Source: Trypanosoma brucei
Taxonomy: Eukaryota
Reading direction: 5' to 3'
Length of the DNA stretch: 64,000 nucleotides
Assembly (NCBI GenBank): GCA_000002445.1
Contig: CP000066.1
Span: 800,001-864,000 of the forward strand
Shown: piece after piece, positions 20,761 through 30,049 of the stretch
Numbering within the stretch: the stretch's first letter is position 1
Layout of the letters: the number at the start of each line of letters is the position of its first letter
Notes under the pieces: model-generated
What the model was told of the DNA's origin: nothing
What the model saw: the letters and a program-made list of their open reading frames with translations, nothing else
Databases searched by the model: none
Program-made: the position numbers and the translations under genes

Positions 20761-21588
20761 TTCCCCATCTCTATTCGTGCCACGGTCAGTTCCACCACCA
20801 AGCCCTTCTGCCTCAAATGTCACACGCCTCAATAGGTCTTGCCGCATAGTTGAAGACGCATCTGCATCGCCTTGGTCGCGCCTCCGCTTCTCTGGAGTGG
20901 GGCGGGGAGCCAATATAGTCGACCTGTACGAAGGCCGTGACGGCCGTATCGTGTAACGCGGCTCGTTGAACCTTGCCAATAACAGAGGATCCACGGTGGG
21001 TAGATTATTTGATGGAGCGGCGTAGTAGAAGTTGTATTGATAATGGTGCGTGTAAGGCCCAGTCTCCGGTTCTATCATCTGGGACCCACGCTGATGGGCA
21101 TTACCAGCAAATTCACCGGGCCTCACAACAACGGGATTGCACTCCGCTCGCGCAACTGCCGCTACTCCTGAGCGATGCGACTGCATATGCATGGTGTTCG
21201 CTGCCGTGGTTACATTATTAGTTATGGGTGGTACCGGCGAGTTTGTCTGGGATGGTGGCGCATGTGAGGAAGCTACTGAGTCTGGCGTTGGACCACACCG
21301 GCTGGCGTCAGCCCCGCCCACGGTGGTCACTCCCAAAACGGCTCGCATGACACCTTTAGCCAAACCGCCGAGACGCGTCATACACCACGCCAAACTGCCG
21401 CTTACACGAGCGATATTCGACATGTTTTTCTGGTGATCAACCTCCTCACCGTTACGCAAGACGACCGTACCTGTTGATACGCCATGGCGAGACATCGCTG
21501 AGTGGTCTCCAAACCGGTGAGACGAGGTGGGCGTAAAGGAATCCTTCTTGGCACAAAGGCGTACGGTTATACGCGGCCGCTCACGCAT
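18610..21588 (-). CDS. FG-repeat nucleoporin, possibly TbNup98
   Basis: About 990 aa. The N-terminal ~280 aa are non-repetitive. The remainder is tandem 23-aa units NPFSFGASAGNASASGEKDNAPR (FG/SFG type), interspersed with a recurring ~50-aa spacer (GIGAVTSKTASSGGFFKSGPSAVPFDDEGFADNAGGDDEDGSPSPTAGSTSGVTRTPS). First ATG at 21586-21588 (the track start is TTG). Confidence 0.8.
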   Translation of the reverse strand: MRERPRITVRLCAKKDSFTPTSSHRFGDHSAMSRHGVSTGTVVLRNGEEVDHQKNMSNIARVSGSLAWCMTRLGGLAKGVMRAVLGVTTVGGADASRCGPTPDSVASSHAPPSQTNSPVPPITNNVTTAANTMHMQSHRSGVAAVARAECNPVVVRPGEFAGNAHQRGSQMIEPETGPYTHHYQYNFYYAAPSNNLPTVDPLLLARFNEPRYTIRPSRPSYRSTILAPRPTPEKRRRDQGDADASSTMRQDLLRRVTFEAEGLGGGTDRGTNRDGEKAAHVAGPTSGTTRTPSNPFSSGASAGNASASGEKNNAPRNPFSFGASAGSAAASGEKDNAPRNPFSFGASAGNASASGEKDNAPRNPFSFGASAGNASASGEKDNAPRNPFSFGASAGSAAASSGIGAVTSKTASSGGFFKSGPSAVPFDDEGFADNAGGDDEDGSPSPTAGSTSGVTRTPSNPFSSGASAGNASASGEKDNAPRNPFSFGASAGNASASGEKDNAPRNPFSFGASAGSAAASSGIGAVTSKTASSGGFFKSGPSAVPFDDEGFADNAGGDDEDGSPSPTAGSTSGVTRTPSNPFSFGASAGNASASGEKDNAPRNPFSFGASAGSAAASSGIGAVTSKTASSGGFFKSGPSAVPFDDEGFADNAGGDDEDGSPSPTAGSTSGVTRTPSNPFSFGASAGNASASGEKNNAPRNPFSFGASAGNASASGEKNNAPRNPFSFGASAGNASASGEKNNAPRNPFSFGASAGNASASGEKDNAPRNPFSFGASAGNASASGEKDNAPRNPFSFGASAGSAAASSGIGAVTSKTASSGGFFKSGPSAVPFDDEGFADNAGGDDEDGSPSPTAGSTSGVTRTPSNPFSFGASAGNASASGEKDNAPRNPFSFGASAGNASASGEKDNAPRNPFSFGASAGNASASGEKDNAPRNPFSFGASAGNASASGEKDNAPRNPFSFGASAGNASASGEKNNAPRNPFSFGASSGNA

Positions 21589-23160
21589 ATGCCCTGAGTA
21601 CACTCTATGCAAAAGCAACCTGAAAAAGAAAAAATGAGAAAATTCCTCCTTATTCAGAAGAGGGATAGAATCCTATTTTGAGCGTAAATTTATCCTTCCC
21701 AAAAGGAGGTAGAAAAGAGCAGCGGGGATGTACAAAGAGGAGACAGCCAAAGGTCTTCACAAGAAAAAGAACATGTGGTGGTGATGGCACCGGTTTTTGG
21801 CAGACACACACACACACACGTACACAGGCACAGACATAAATAACCAAATGAATGCAAACGGTGCGCACAATAGCACCAACACATAGCAATACCCACCCCC
21901 ACTCGAGTTTGTAAGCCGCCCATTTTACCTTCCCCCCTTTTCCGCATTTCCTTCATACAAACTCGCTCACGCGCACACACGTAAATATTTATTTATATTT
22001 CTTTTCAAAATACATATACATATACATATATATATATATATATATATGTATTCGCAAGCACATTTGCAAATACATTTCCACAGAGCGCTCAGCACGAACT
22101 GCAGCCCCCTCTCATTCCTGTCCTTCTACACATATTCCAGCGTCAGTGCATGACACCGGGCTCCCTTTTATCTCGTGGCACTTCAAAAATATCAACTCGC
22201 CTCGATGCAAACAATGCCGCCTTGGCGACGTGTAAAATGATGTGCGCTCCCTCGGAGGCGCCTGCGGAGAGAAGTAGAAAAAAAAAAAGGAGGAAGAGAA
22301 AAATGCGCACAACAGCGATCATGCTGAGCGACATATTATTATGTGGAGCACCCATAACGAAAAAAAAAAAACTGAAAAACAAGGAAGTCAAATGGAAAAA
22401 GGAGGGAAATTTTTTAATAAAAAAAGAAAAAGACTACAAATTCTAAAACGAAGATGGGAATGATTTTTCGTTAAACAACAAAAAGAAGAAAACAAAACGT
22501 TGTACAAACAAGAGACTACACGAATAGTAAAGGAAATACGGAGCGATACACCTGACCGCATATATTACAAATATAAATACGTGTTTATGTTTGGTATCCG
22601 TGCTTTTGCATGTGTGCATCTGCAAGTGCTTCTGTACGAGAAGGAAAAAAAAGGGGGGGAAGGCACAAATTTAAAAAAAAAAAAGAGGAAAGAGGATGAG
22701 GAGAGGAACGAAAGTAGCAAAGAGAACCGCTGGGGAGGAAAAGCGAAATGAACGAAAATAAATAATGTTTTTCCATCTTCTTCTTCTTGCTCGATTTTAA
22801 ATGTGTACGACGTGGACAGTCACATCGATAGGTGCGCACGTACTTTTTACAAGTGTGCTCGCAGCAACAACAAAAGCTTCTTTTCTCCCTTCCTCCTCCT
22901 TCCTCCCTCTTCCCTCCTCTCAACCAACACCTCCCTTCCCCGAACCTACACAAAAAGTAACCAAGAAAAAACAAAACATTGCTTTTCAACAGAAAAGAAC
23001 GGAAGGCAAAAATAGGAAGAAGAAAAAAATGGAAGTCAAATAAAAAAGTATGTGGATTGTCGGTGAGGAAAAGATATGGGGAAAAAAAAGAAAGAAATAA
23101 AAAAATGAGACGGAGTTAACAATTTAAAAAAAAGGGGGGGATCACGGAGGGGTGGAAATA

Positions 23161-24672
23161 CTACATCTTCTTCCCCTCGTACACGCACAACTTAGTGATA
23201 GCATTGGAATGGTGAGCGTGTTGGGCACCCAGCAATTCGTTTAGTTGCTTCTGAATATCCACGTTGGAAATTTCATTATTGAGCATAAGCTGATTCACTA
23301 GCTCCGCAGCCTCGTTAAGAAGTTTCACCCCAATCTCCTTCTCGAGAATGGCCCGCACCTGAGATGCTGGCACAGACTTTCCACTTGACAGTATAATCAT
23401 GTCTTCCTGTGGTGAGCTATCAGAAGGACCATCACCAAACTCCTCGGGATGGCCACCGAGATTTGTCTTGCCCACAATATTTTTGCTTTGCTCTACAATT
23501 AGCTTCTTTTGCTCAATGTACTCCCCGTCATCGTCAACCTCATGGTGCCCGTCATCCTGCTCGCTCTTGGAAGGCGATTGTTGCTGTTGTTCCTGCGGTG
23601 GACCGGCAGCTGCCTGTTCCGCCAACATGGCCTTTATGCTCTCCCGATTCATCCCCCGTAACTTTGCCATTTGCTCCTTTTGGCTCAATTGTGGCTCTTT
23701 GGGGTACTCTTTTGGCTTCTCCGGAGTACTCACAGGCTTAACAGGTTTTGTTATCTTGGGGTTCCGTGCCTCATACTCCGCCCGTTCCTTTTCCGCCTGC
23801 TTCTCAAGGTCCGCACTAAATCCTTTAAGAGACTCCTGCACAAACGGCGACTCTAAAATGCGATTTATGCTGGGACGCTGAACAGGGTTGACTTGCAAGA
23901 GCGCTCCGCAAAGGCCGCGAATTTCCGCTGGCACAGTGGATGGAATGGGCTCATATTGCCCAACGAGGATCTTCTTCAAGAGCTCCTTCAGTGAGCGGGC
24001 GAGAAAAGGCCGTTGGAGCGTCAAAAGCTCATAAAGAATGACACCGAGGGCCCATACGTCACTCTTATTGTTGTATGGTTTGTTCTGGCAGAGCTCCGGG
24101 GAGAAGTAATAGGGAGTGCCACACACGGTCTTGGCACAGGCCAATGTATTCTGCACGACGGTGGAAATACCGAAGTCACCCAACTTCACGACGTTCTTCG
24201 CTGTAAGGAAAATGTTCGCTGTCTTCAAATCCCTATGCAAGATGTGGTTATCATGAAGGTACTTGAGTGCCATGCAAATCTGCAGGAACCAAAACATGGC
24301 CAGCTTTGGTTCAAAGGGGACAACGGGATCATTCTTCTTCGCATCCTTGATACGTGTGTTGAGGTCCCCACCATCGGCATACTCCATAACAATAAATATC
24401 AGTGTGCCATCTTCGAAGTGCTCGTGGTAGCGGATGATATTGGGATGATTGGCTGCCGCTAAAATACGTATTTCATTTTGTACATCACGTTTCTCCTTCG
24501 CAGACATGGCGGCTGATTCAATTGCCTTTGCGACGTACCGTTTGCCATCCTCCTTTGACCGTACGAGCACCGCTTCACCAAAGCTACCCTTCCCGATGCC
24601 CTTCATTATGCGGTACTTGCTGAGAAACAACTCTGAGGACAAGGCTTTACATTCATCTGCAACCTGCGCCAT
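23161..24672 (-). CDS. NEK (NIMA-related) serine/threonine protein kinase
   Basis: 503 aa with ATG at 24670-24672. Kinase subdomains include GKGSFGEAVLV, VAK, HRDLKTANIFL, DFG, GTPYYFSPE and DVWALGVILYELL. The HRDLKxxN plus GTPYYxSPE combination is the NEK-family hallmark. The C-terminal tail is low-complexity. Confidence 0.85.
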   Translation of the reverse strand: MAQVADECKALSSELFLSKYRIMKGIGKGSFGEAVLVRSKEDGKRYVAKAIESAAMSAKEKRDVQNEIRILAAANHPNIIRYHEHFEDGTLIFIVMEYADGGDLNTRIKDAKKNDPVVPFEPKLAMFWFLQICMALKYLHDNHILHRDLKTANIFLTAKNVVKLGDFGISTVVQNTLACAKTVCGTPYYFSPELCQNKPYNNKSDVWALGVILYELLTLQRPFLARSLKELLKKILVGQYEPIPSTVPAEIRGLCGALLQVNPVQRPSINRILESPFVQESLKGFSADLEKQAEKERAEYEARNPKITKPVKPVSTPEKPKEYPKEPQLSQKEQMAKLRGMNRESIKAMLAEQAAAGPPQEQQQQSPSKSEQDDGHHEVDDDGEYIEQKKLIVEQSKNIVGKTNLGGHPEEFGDGPSDSSPQEDMIILSSGKSVPASQVRAILEKEIGVKLLNEAAELVNQLMLNNEISNVDIQKQLNELLGAQHAHHSNAITKLCVYEGKKM

Positions 24673-25265
24673 TTGCCTTGTCGGTTATCGCCGCTGCTTC
24701 GCTCCTTCGTTCCTTTGTTGTATATATATATATATTTGTTGTGGTTGTTGTCGTAAGTACTGGGCGAGGTTGTAGGGAAGTGACTGTATTAATCCCCCCT
24801 TCCTTCTCTCCTTTTGTTCCTTTTTCCTTGTGATATATCAATAATATAGATATATAGATATATATATGTGCCTGTGGGTGTCTCTTTATTGTTATTCACT
24901 TCTTTTCCCTACTTTCCTTTGATTTTTTTTTCCTTTTTATTCCTTTCTGATATATTTTTCAGAATATGCCACAACCTGTAAAACTTATTAATCAGTCGGG
25001 TTACTATCCCACCTAAATGTAAAACGCACGATTACGCAAAAAGTATCCTGCTTTTTGATTCCTTTCGTGTTTTTCCCCTTTTTTTCTTTTACGTTTGTTT
25101 GTTTTTGTTTGACTATCCAACTTTCGGTATATTCACTATCTGGATTATTTGTTCGTCAATATTCTCTTTATTATTATTATTTTTTTTCTCCGCTTGTTTG
25201 CGTCTCTCCCTTTTCCTTTTCTTTTTTCTCTTCGTTCACTTCAAATAAAGAAATATATAAATATT

Positions 25266-25297
<32 letters not shown>

Positions 25298-25552
25298 TAT
25301 AGGGCTAATGCGAGTGACAAGGTCCCTGTGAGTGATAACGTACTTTCTTATACGCCTGACTAAATATATATGAAATATATGTAAATATCTGTTTATCTAT
25401 TTATGGCCTTTGTACGTTCGGATTGTCCTCAAAAAAAAAAAAAAAATACAAACAAACAAACAAACAAATGCACAAAAAAGGTGGATATATATATATATAT
25501 ATTTGTATACTTCCAGCCACCTTTACTTTTGTTCTTGTTTTTTCCTTCTTTT

Positions 25553-25564
25553 TGTGTGTGTGTG

Positions 25565-25599
<35 letters not shown>

Positions 25600-25600
25600 T
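25553..25600. repeat. (GT)7(GTT)11 compound microsatellite; (CAAA)n nearby at 25448-25470
   Basis: gtgtgtgtgtgtgttgttgttgttgttgttgttgttgttgtt read directly. Confidence 0.9.
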
Positions 25601-26254
25601 TGCTTTCTTTTGGTTCCTTTTGTTTCCTCACGTACCAATAACAACAACAGAGTTATTTATTATCATTGAACAAGCATTGTAGTAACAAAAAAAAAGAGAA
25701 AAAAGAGAAAAAAAGAGATGAAGTCATTCAATAGATATTTTTTTGAAAAAAAAAACACAAACAAACAAACTTACAGTAGTAACCAAAATACAGCAGCAGG
25801 CGTTTGGGCACAGAAAAGAATGGACATAACTGAATAGAAGGATGCATGACGAGTCGTAACTTTAACCTTCGGATACGCACAAAGTTGAAGAAAACAAAAA
25901 GAAAGAAAAGGAAAGAAAGGGAGAGAGAAAGGAGAAAATGCTTCTTATAATCTTTCTTTGTTTTTTTTTCTATCCTTGTCTTTTGCCTTCAGTTCCCAGT
26001 TACCTGTCCTCGCATGTGTCCTCTCTTGCGTATTTCTCAGTTTGCTTCTTTTCTTTTTTTTTGTGTGTGTGTGCGTGTGGGTGTGTGGTCACATCGGCCC
26101 TTCACTCAATTTCATTGAGGTTCTAAATTCTGATCCCTCATTGTGCCCCAGTCTAGAGACGAAAACAGAGAAGTTACATAATTGACAAAGGAGAAAAAAA
26201 CATAAGAGGGCGGGCACTCCATTGTCAGTGATATGTATATGTATAGAAATACAA

Positions 26255-26290
<36 letters not shown>

Positions 26291-27056
26291 GTATTTCTTT
26301 TATATATATATATATATTTCTTGTTTGTTTGTTTGCTTGCTTGTTTACTATTATTTATACAATTTCTCTTTTCTTCTCGAAACACGCATAAACATACATA
26401 TATATATATATATATGTCTATACGTGAAGGAGAGAAAGAAAAGTGATAAAAGTCAAGTGATTGGAAGGGAGGGAAATAATAACACAAACAAGGATGGGAA
26501 GAAAAAAAAATCCGTAGGGAGCAAAAAAAAAAAAAAGAGTAAAGAAAAGAAGGAGCGGTAAGTAAAACCAGCCTCCTCAGCTCCCTGAAACCCGCGTAAT
26601 GCCGCTTGATAGTGAATTATTCCATTCACTAGCTTCTTTTAAATACCTCTCTCTCTCTCTCTTCTTTTCTTTTCGTTTTCTCTTTTTTTTTCTTGTTTTT
26701 ATATTCCTTCTCTCCTTCTTTCCCTCCCTTTCACTCACACAGCACCTAACCACATTACATCCCAGGTGAAAATTCACACACATACATACACTAAAAGAAA
26801 GACTGAGTGAGCGCCCCCATACCATCCTTAAGAAAAGGGAGAACAACAACAACAATAACAACAACAACGGCAAAGGGAAAAAACAAAAAAGAAAAAAGAA
26901 AAAAAGGTAAGGTGTGTAAAGGTGGGGAAGGAAACAACATCACCTCCATGTTTGCGTACAACTACATGTAATGCACAGCAAAAACTACGCACGCAGCCGC
27001 CCATTTGAAGCGCTACGCAACCTCCTCTTGCCTTATTCTAAGACATTAGGCTCTAC

Positions 27057-28109
27057 TTAATAAAAACGGCGCAAACATGATTGAACTACACTTGTGCATT
27101 CAAATGTATTGGGTTTCCAGACACCAGTCGCACCTTTTGGAGGTCCCGGAACATACGTGTCTTTGGCTTTTGCCCTCCTTCGTCTCCTGTTCTTTTTCTT
27201 TTCCTCTTCTTCCAATGCTGCAACATCAATCCATGTGTTGGGAAATGGATCGATGTTACCTTCATTTCCAGATCTCGTCCACACAAATGTCATGGCTCTC
27301 TCCTGTACAAATGTCGGACCTGCCGCTTCTTGTTTGTTTTTTCGCTTCCGCTTCGATGGTTTCTCATCTGCTGGTTCAAAATGGTAGACACCAGAAACAC
27401 CTGTGGCTGGGAGCTCATCCAAATAGTCATGTATAACACCCGGTGTCCTGAATAAAGGCCCCAGAGGTTTAGGAGGCGCAAGTTTCTTACGCTTTTTAGC
27501 CTCAGCAGCCTCTAATTTCTCGTGCTCCTTCCGCCAATCATCATTGTATTTGGGATTGTCAAGGAGAATTCCCACGTAACCGTACGTTCCCTTTTTGGAG
27601 GGATTAGTCTTGATGTTTGGCAGGAGTTCTTTTCCTTTGGAGTCCTCCTCCGAGGAGGAGGCCTTCTTCTTTCTTTTAGATTTTTTGGATTTAGGTCCAC
27701 CTTCTTCTCCCGGCATGATGAATTCATATGGTCGTTCCTGGAAGCAACCGCTGTAACCACCTGGTCCGTTAATTGACTTGGGGAAAGATGGCGGAAGGAA
27801 ATCTTTATTAGAGATGTTGTGTTTTTTCGCCTCACGCCGCTCACGATGCATGCGAGTTGTGGCATCCTCAAAAGGGCCCACGCTTTTATTGTTGTTTTGC
27901 TCCGCGGACGCCAATGTGAGAAACTTCTTGTCAAAAAACACTTCAGGACCATTACCGGAGGGACAACGTCCAATCGACATCCCCTTCCCAAGATAACGAG
28001 ACGGAATGGTGTCCATTTTGTCATATGGATCTGTCTTCTTGGGGTCGATATCCGTAGAGACCAGCGGCGGGTCGGAAAACAACCCACCAAACGCGCTCAA
28101 GTGAGTCAT
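27057..28109 (-). CDS. Conserved hypothetical basic (K/R-rich) protein
   Basis: ORF 27057..28253. I place the start at ATG 28107-28109 (MTHLSAFGG…). The upstream 48 codons are hydrophobic low-complexity from AT-rich sequence, but the ATG at 28251-28253 cannot be excluded. Lys-rich stretches are present (KSKKSKRKKK, KRKRKNK, KKKNRRRRRAKAK). Confidence 0.45.
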   Translation of the reverse strand: MTHLSAFGGLFSDPPLVSTDIDPKKTDPYDKMDTIPSRYLGKGMSIGRCPSGNGPEVFFDKKFLTLASAEQNNNKSVGPFEDATTRMHRERREAKKHNISNKDFLPPSFPKSINGPGGYSGCFQERPYEFIMPGEEGGPKSKKSKRKKKASSSEEDSKGKELLPNIKTNPSKKGTYGYVGILLDNPKYNDDWRKEHEKLEAAEAKKRKKLAPPKPLGPLFRTPGVIHDYLDELPATGVSGVYHFEPADEKPSKRKRKNKQEAAGPTFVQERAMTFVWTRSGNEGNIDPFPNTWIDVAALEEEEKKKNRRRRRAKAKDTYVPGPPKGATGVWKPNTFECTSVVQSCLRRFY

Positions 28110-30049
28110 TTGTTCCGCCTTAAACTCTACGTGATGATTGTAATAACTACAAGAATAAAGACAAAGAAATAAAGAAATAATTAAAAAATGGAGTCGCAGA
28201 ATAAAACAAAACAAATAATCTAACCCATTGTCCAAATGATGGGTACCATTCATTATGACCTTTCCTATTGGACATAATTCCTTGTCGTCACTATTGAAAG
28301 TGCCCTAAACTGTTGATGTTTCAACAGTTCCTTCACGCACTTCTCTCTCTCTCTCTCTTTTATAGTTTCTTTCGATTTTTTTTTAAATTTAATTTCATTT
28401 TATTTTATTTTATTTTTCTGGTTTCGTCAAATTCCCTCTTTTCACTCAAGACATTAAATGCCACTCCTCAACTCGCCTCTCACCAAAAGTCCCAAATTCC
28501 AAATTAGGAGGAGGTGCGCACTTGTCGCCGTAACGCCTCGGGGAGAGAGGGGAGAGTTTTGCAGCAAATATATATATATATATATATATATAAGAAAGAG
28601 AGGAAAAAAAAAAGAGGGAAAGTGAAGACGGCAATGGACCACTCATTTGAAATCCCTCAAATGGACCGCGTCACTCAACTGAATAACAGTGAAGCTTAAA
28701 CTATTTTATTTATTACTATTATGGTTGCTACTTTTTTTTTCTTTTTTTTTTGAGGAGGAGGAGGGGCTGATGATGTGAGGACCTTTAAAAGCAACAAAAA
28801 AGCCAATGCGCGAGCCATCACGCGTAATAGGCCAATAAAAAAAATAAATAAAAGAAGAAAAGAAGGAAAGAAAGAGAAATGAAACGAGAGAAGAAGGCAC
28901 AACAAAAAGGGAGAAAGATGGGAGTGGTTAAAATAAAGAAAGTGGAGAAAGAAGAGGAAATCAATAAGGTAAGTAGGGGAAAAAGAAGAAGAGAAAAAAA
29001 AGGAAATTAAACAAAACAACAGTTCGACTAGTACAAGCAGAAACACGCAGCAGTAGCACAAAAGACAAAAATAAAAACGGTACGGTGAAAAGCAGATCAT
29101 CGTGCTTCCACGCATCAAACATCTGTGTTCGCAATAAGACATGAGCACATTGTGCAAGTGTACATTTTTTGGTGTGAGCATAACCAAACCTGCCTTTTGT
29201 TCTTGTTGTTGTTGTTGTTTTTTTACTTGTTTCATTTTGTTTTATTCTTAACGTCTCTCAACCGCATGTCTTAACATTACTTCCCATCACCATCGTCCAC
29301 CACACCAACCAAGACCAAAGCAATTTGAGCGTTAATGTTTTCCCCCTTCTTTTTTTTCTCCCTCTCTCTTTCTCTCTCTTTGTTTGTTTGTTTGTTCCCC
29401 TCACGTTTCCCTCACAAATGTGACAAACAGCAACACTCCAAATTACTTGCAGTAAACCACCAAAACGACCCGTTCAACATAATATTAGAAATTGACTGCA
29501 CTTCAAAATCTCATCATCACAACAAAGAAAAACACACCAAGACAATAATACCTTTTCATCATCTGCAGTAATTGCATCAAAATAGGACAAAACAATACAT
29601 TTTATCGTACTTAAACGCTAAATCCATTCACCCCTGAGAGAAACTTCCGTTTTGTGTGGCCACACCGGGGTCAAGTAAAAACGAGAAGGGCAATGGCATT
29701 GAAACTATTTTTAAAAAGAAAAAAAAAGAAAATATAGATTTATGTTTAGTCTCCGTTAGCACAGCATATCATCTATATCATTAATTTTTCATTCTTCGCT
29801 TGATCATTCGTTATCCCCCTCTCCTCGCCACACATGCACACATAGGCATGTCTGTCCTTTTCTATTGCACTTTCTTTCTGTTTTTTTCTTCATCCTCTTG
29901 TGCGGTCCAACAATTCACTCATTGAAGAGACGGATATGGGAATCCCCGTGCGTATTGCGCCAATATAAATATACGCAGCCGGCTCCCCTTTGAGACATCG
30001 TCGCTTTCTTTTTTTTTTTGGCTGACTCCTGCAGCAACTACGCAACTAT

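Noticed and set aside
18659-20956. 765-aa plus-strand ORF, plus several other 80-200 aa ORFs on both strands at 18531-20849, overlapping the FG-nucleoporin
   Set aside because: These are frames left open by the perfect 69-nt periodicity of the FG repeat array. The translations are themselves periodic low-complexity (for example FPAEAPNEKGFRGALSFSPLAEA and HQMRRDSVEHCPFHHLLKHSQQR). The sense FG reading is the only one with a recognisable protein family.
28696-29235. 179-aa minus-strand ORF (and similar at 22585..22989 and 26089..26487) in intergenic regions
   Set aside because: Their translations are poly-F/L/S/K low-complexity strings arising from AT-rich, homopolymer and microsatellite sequence. 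This is not coding-like.
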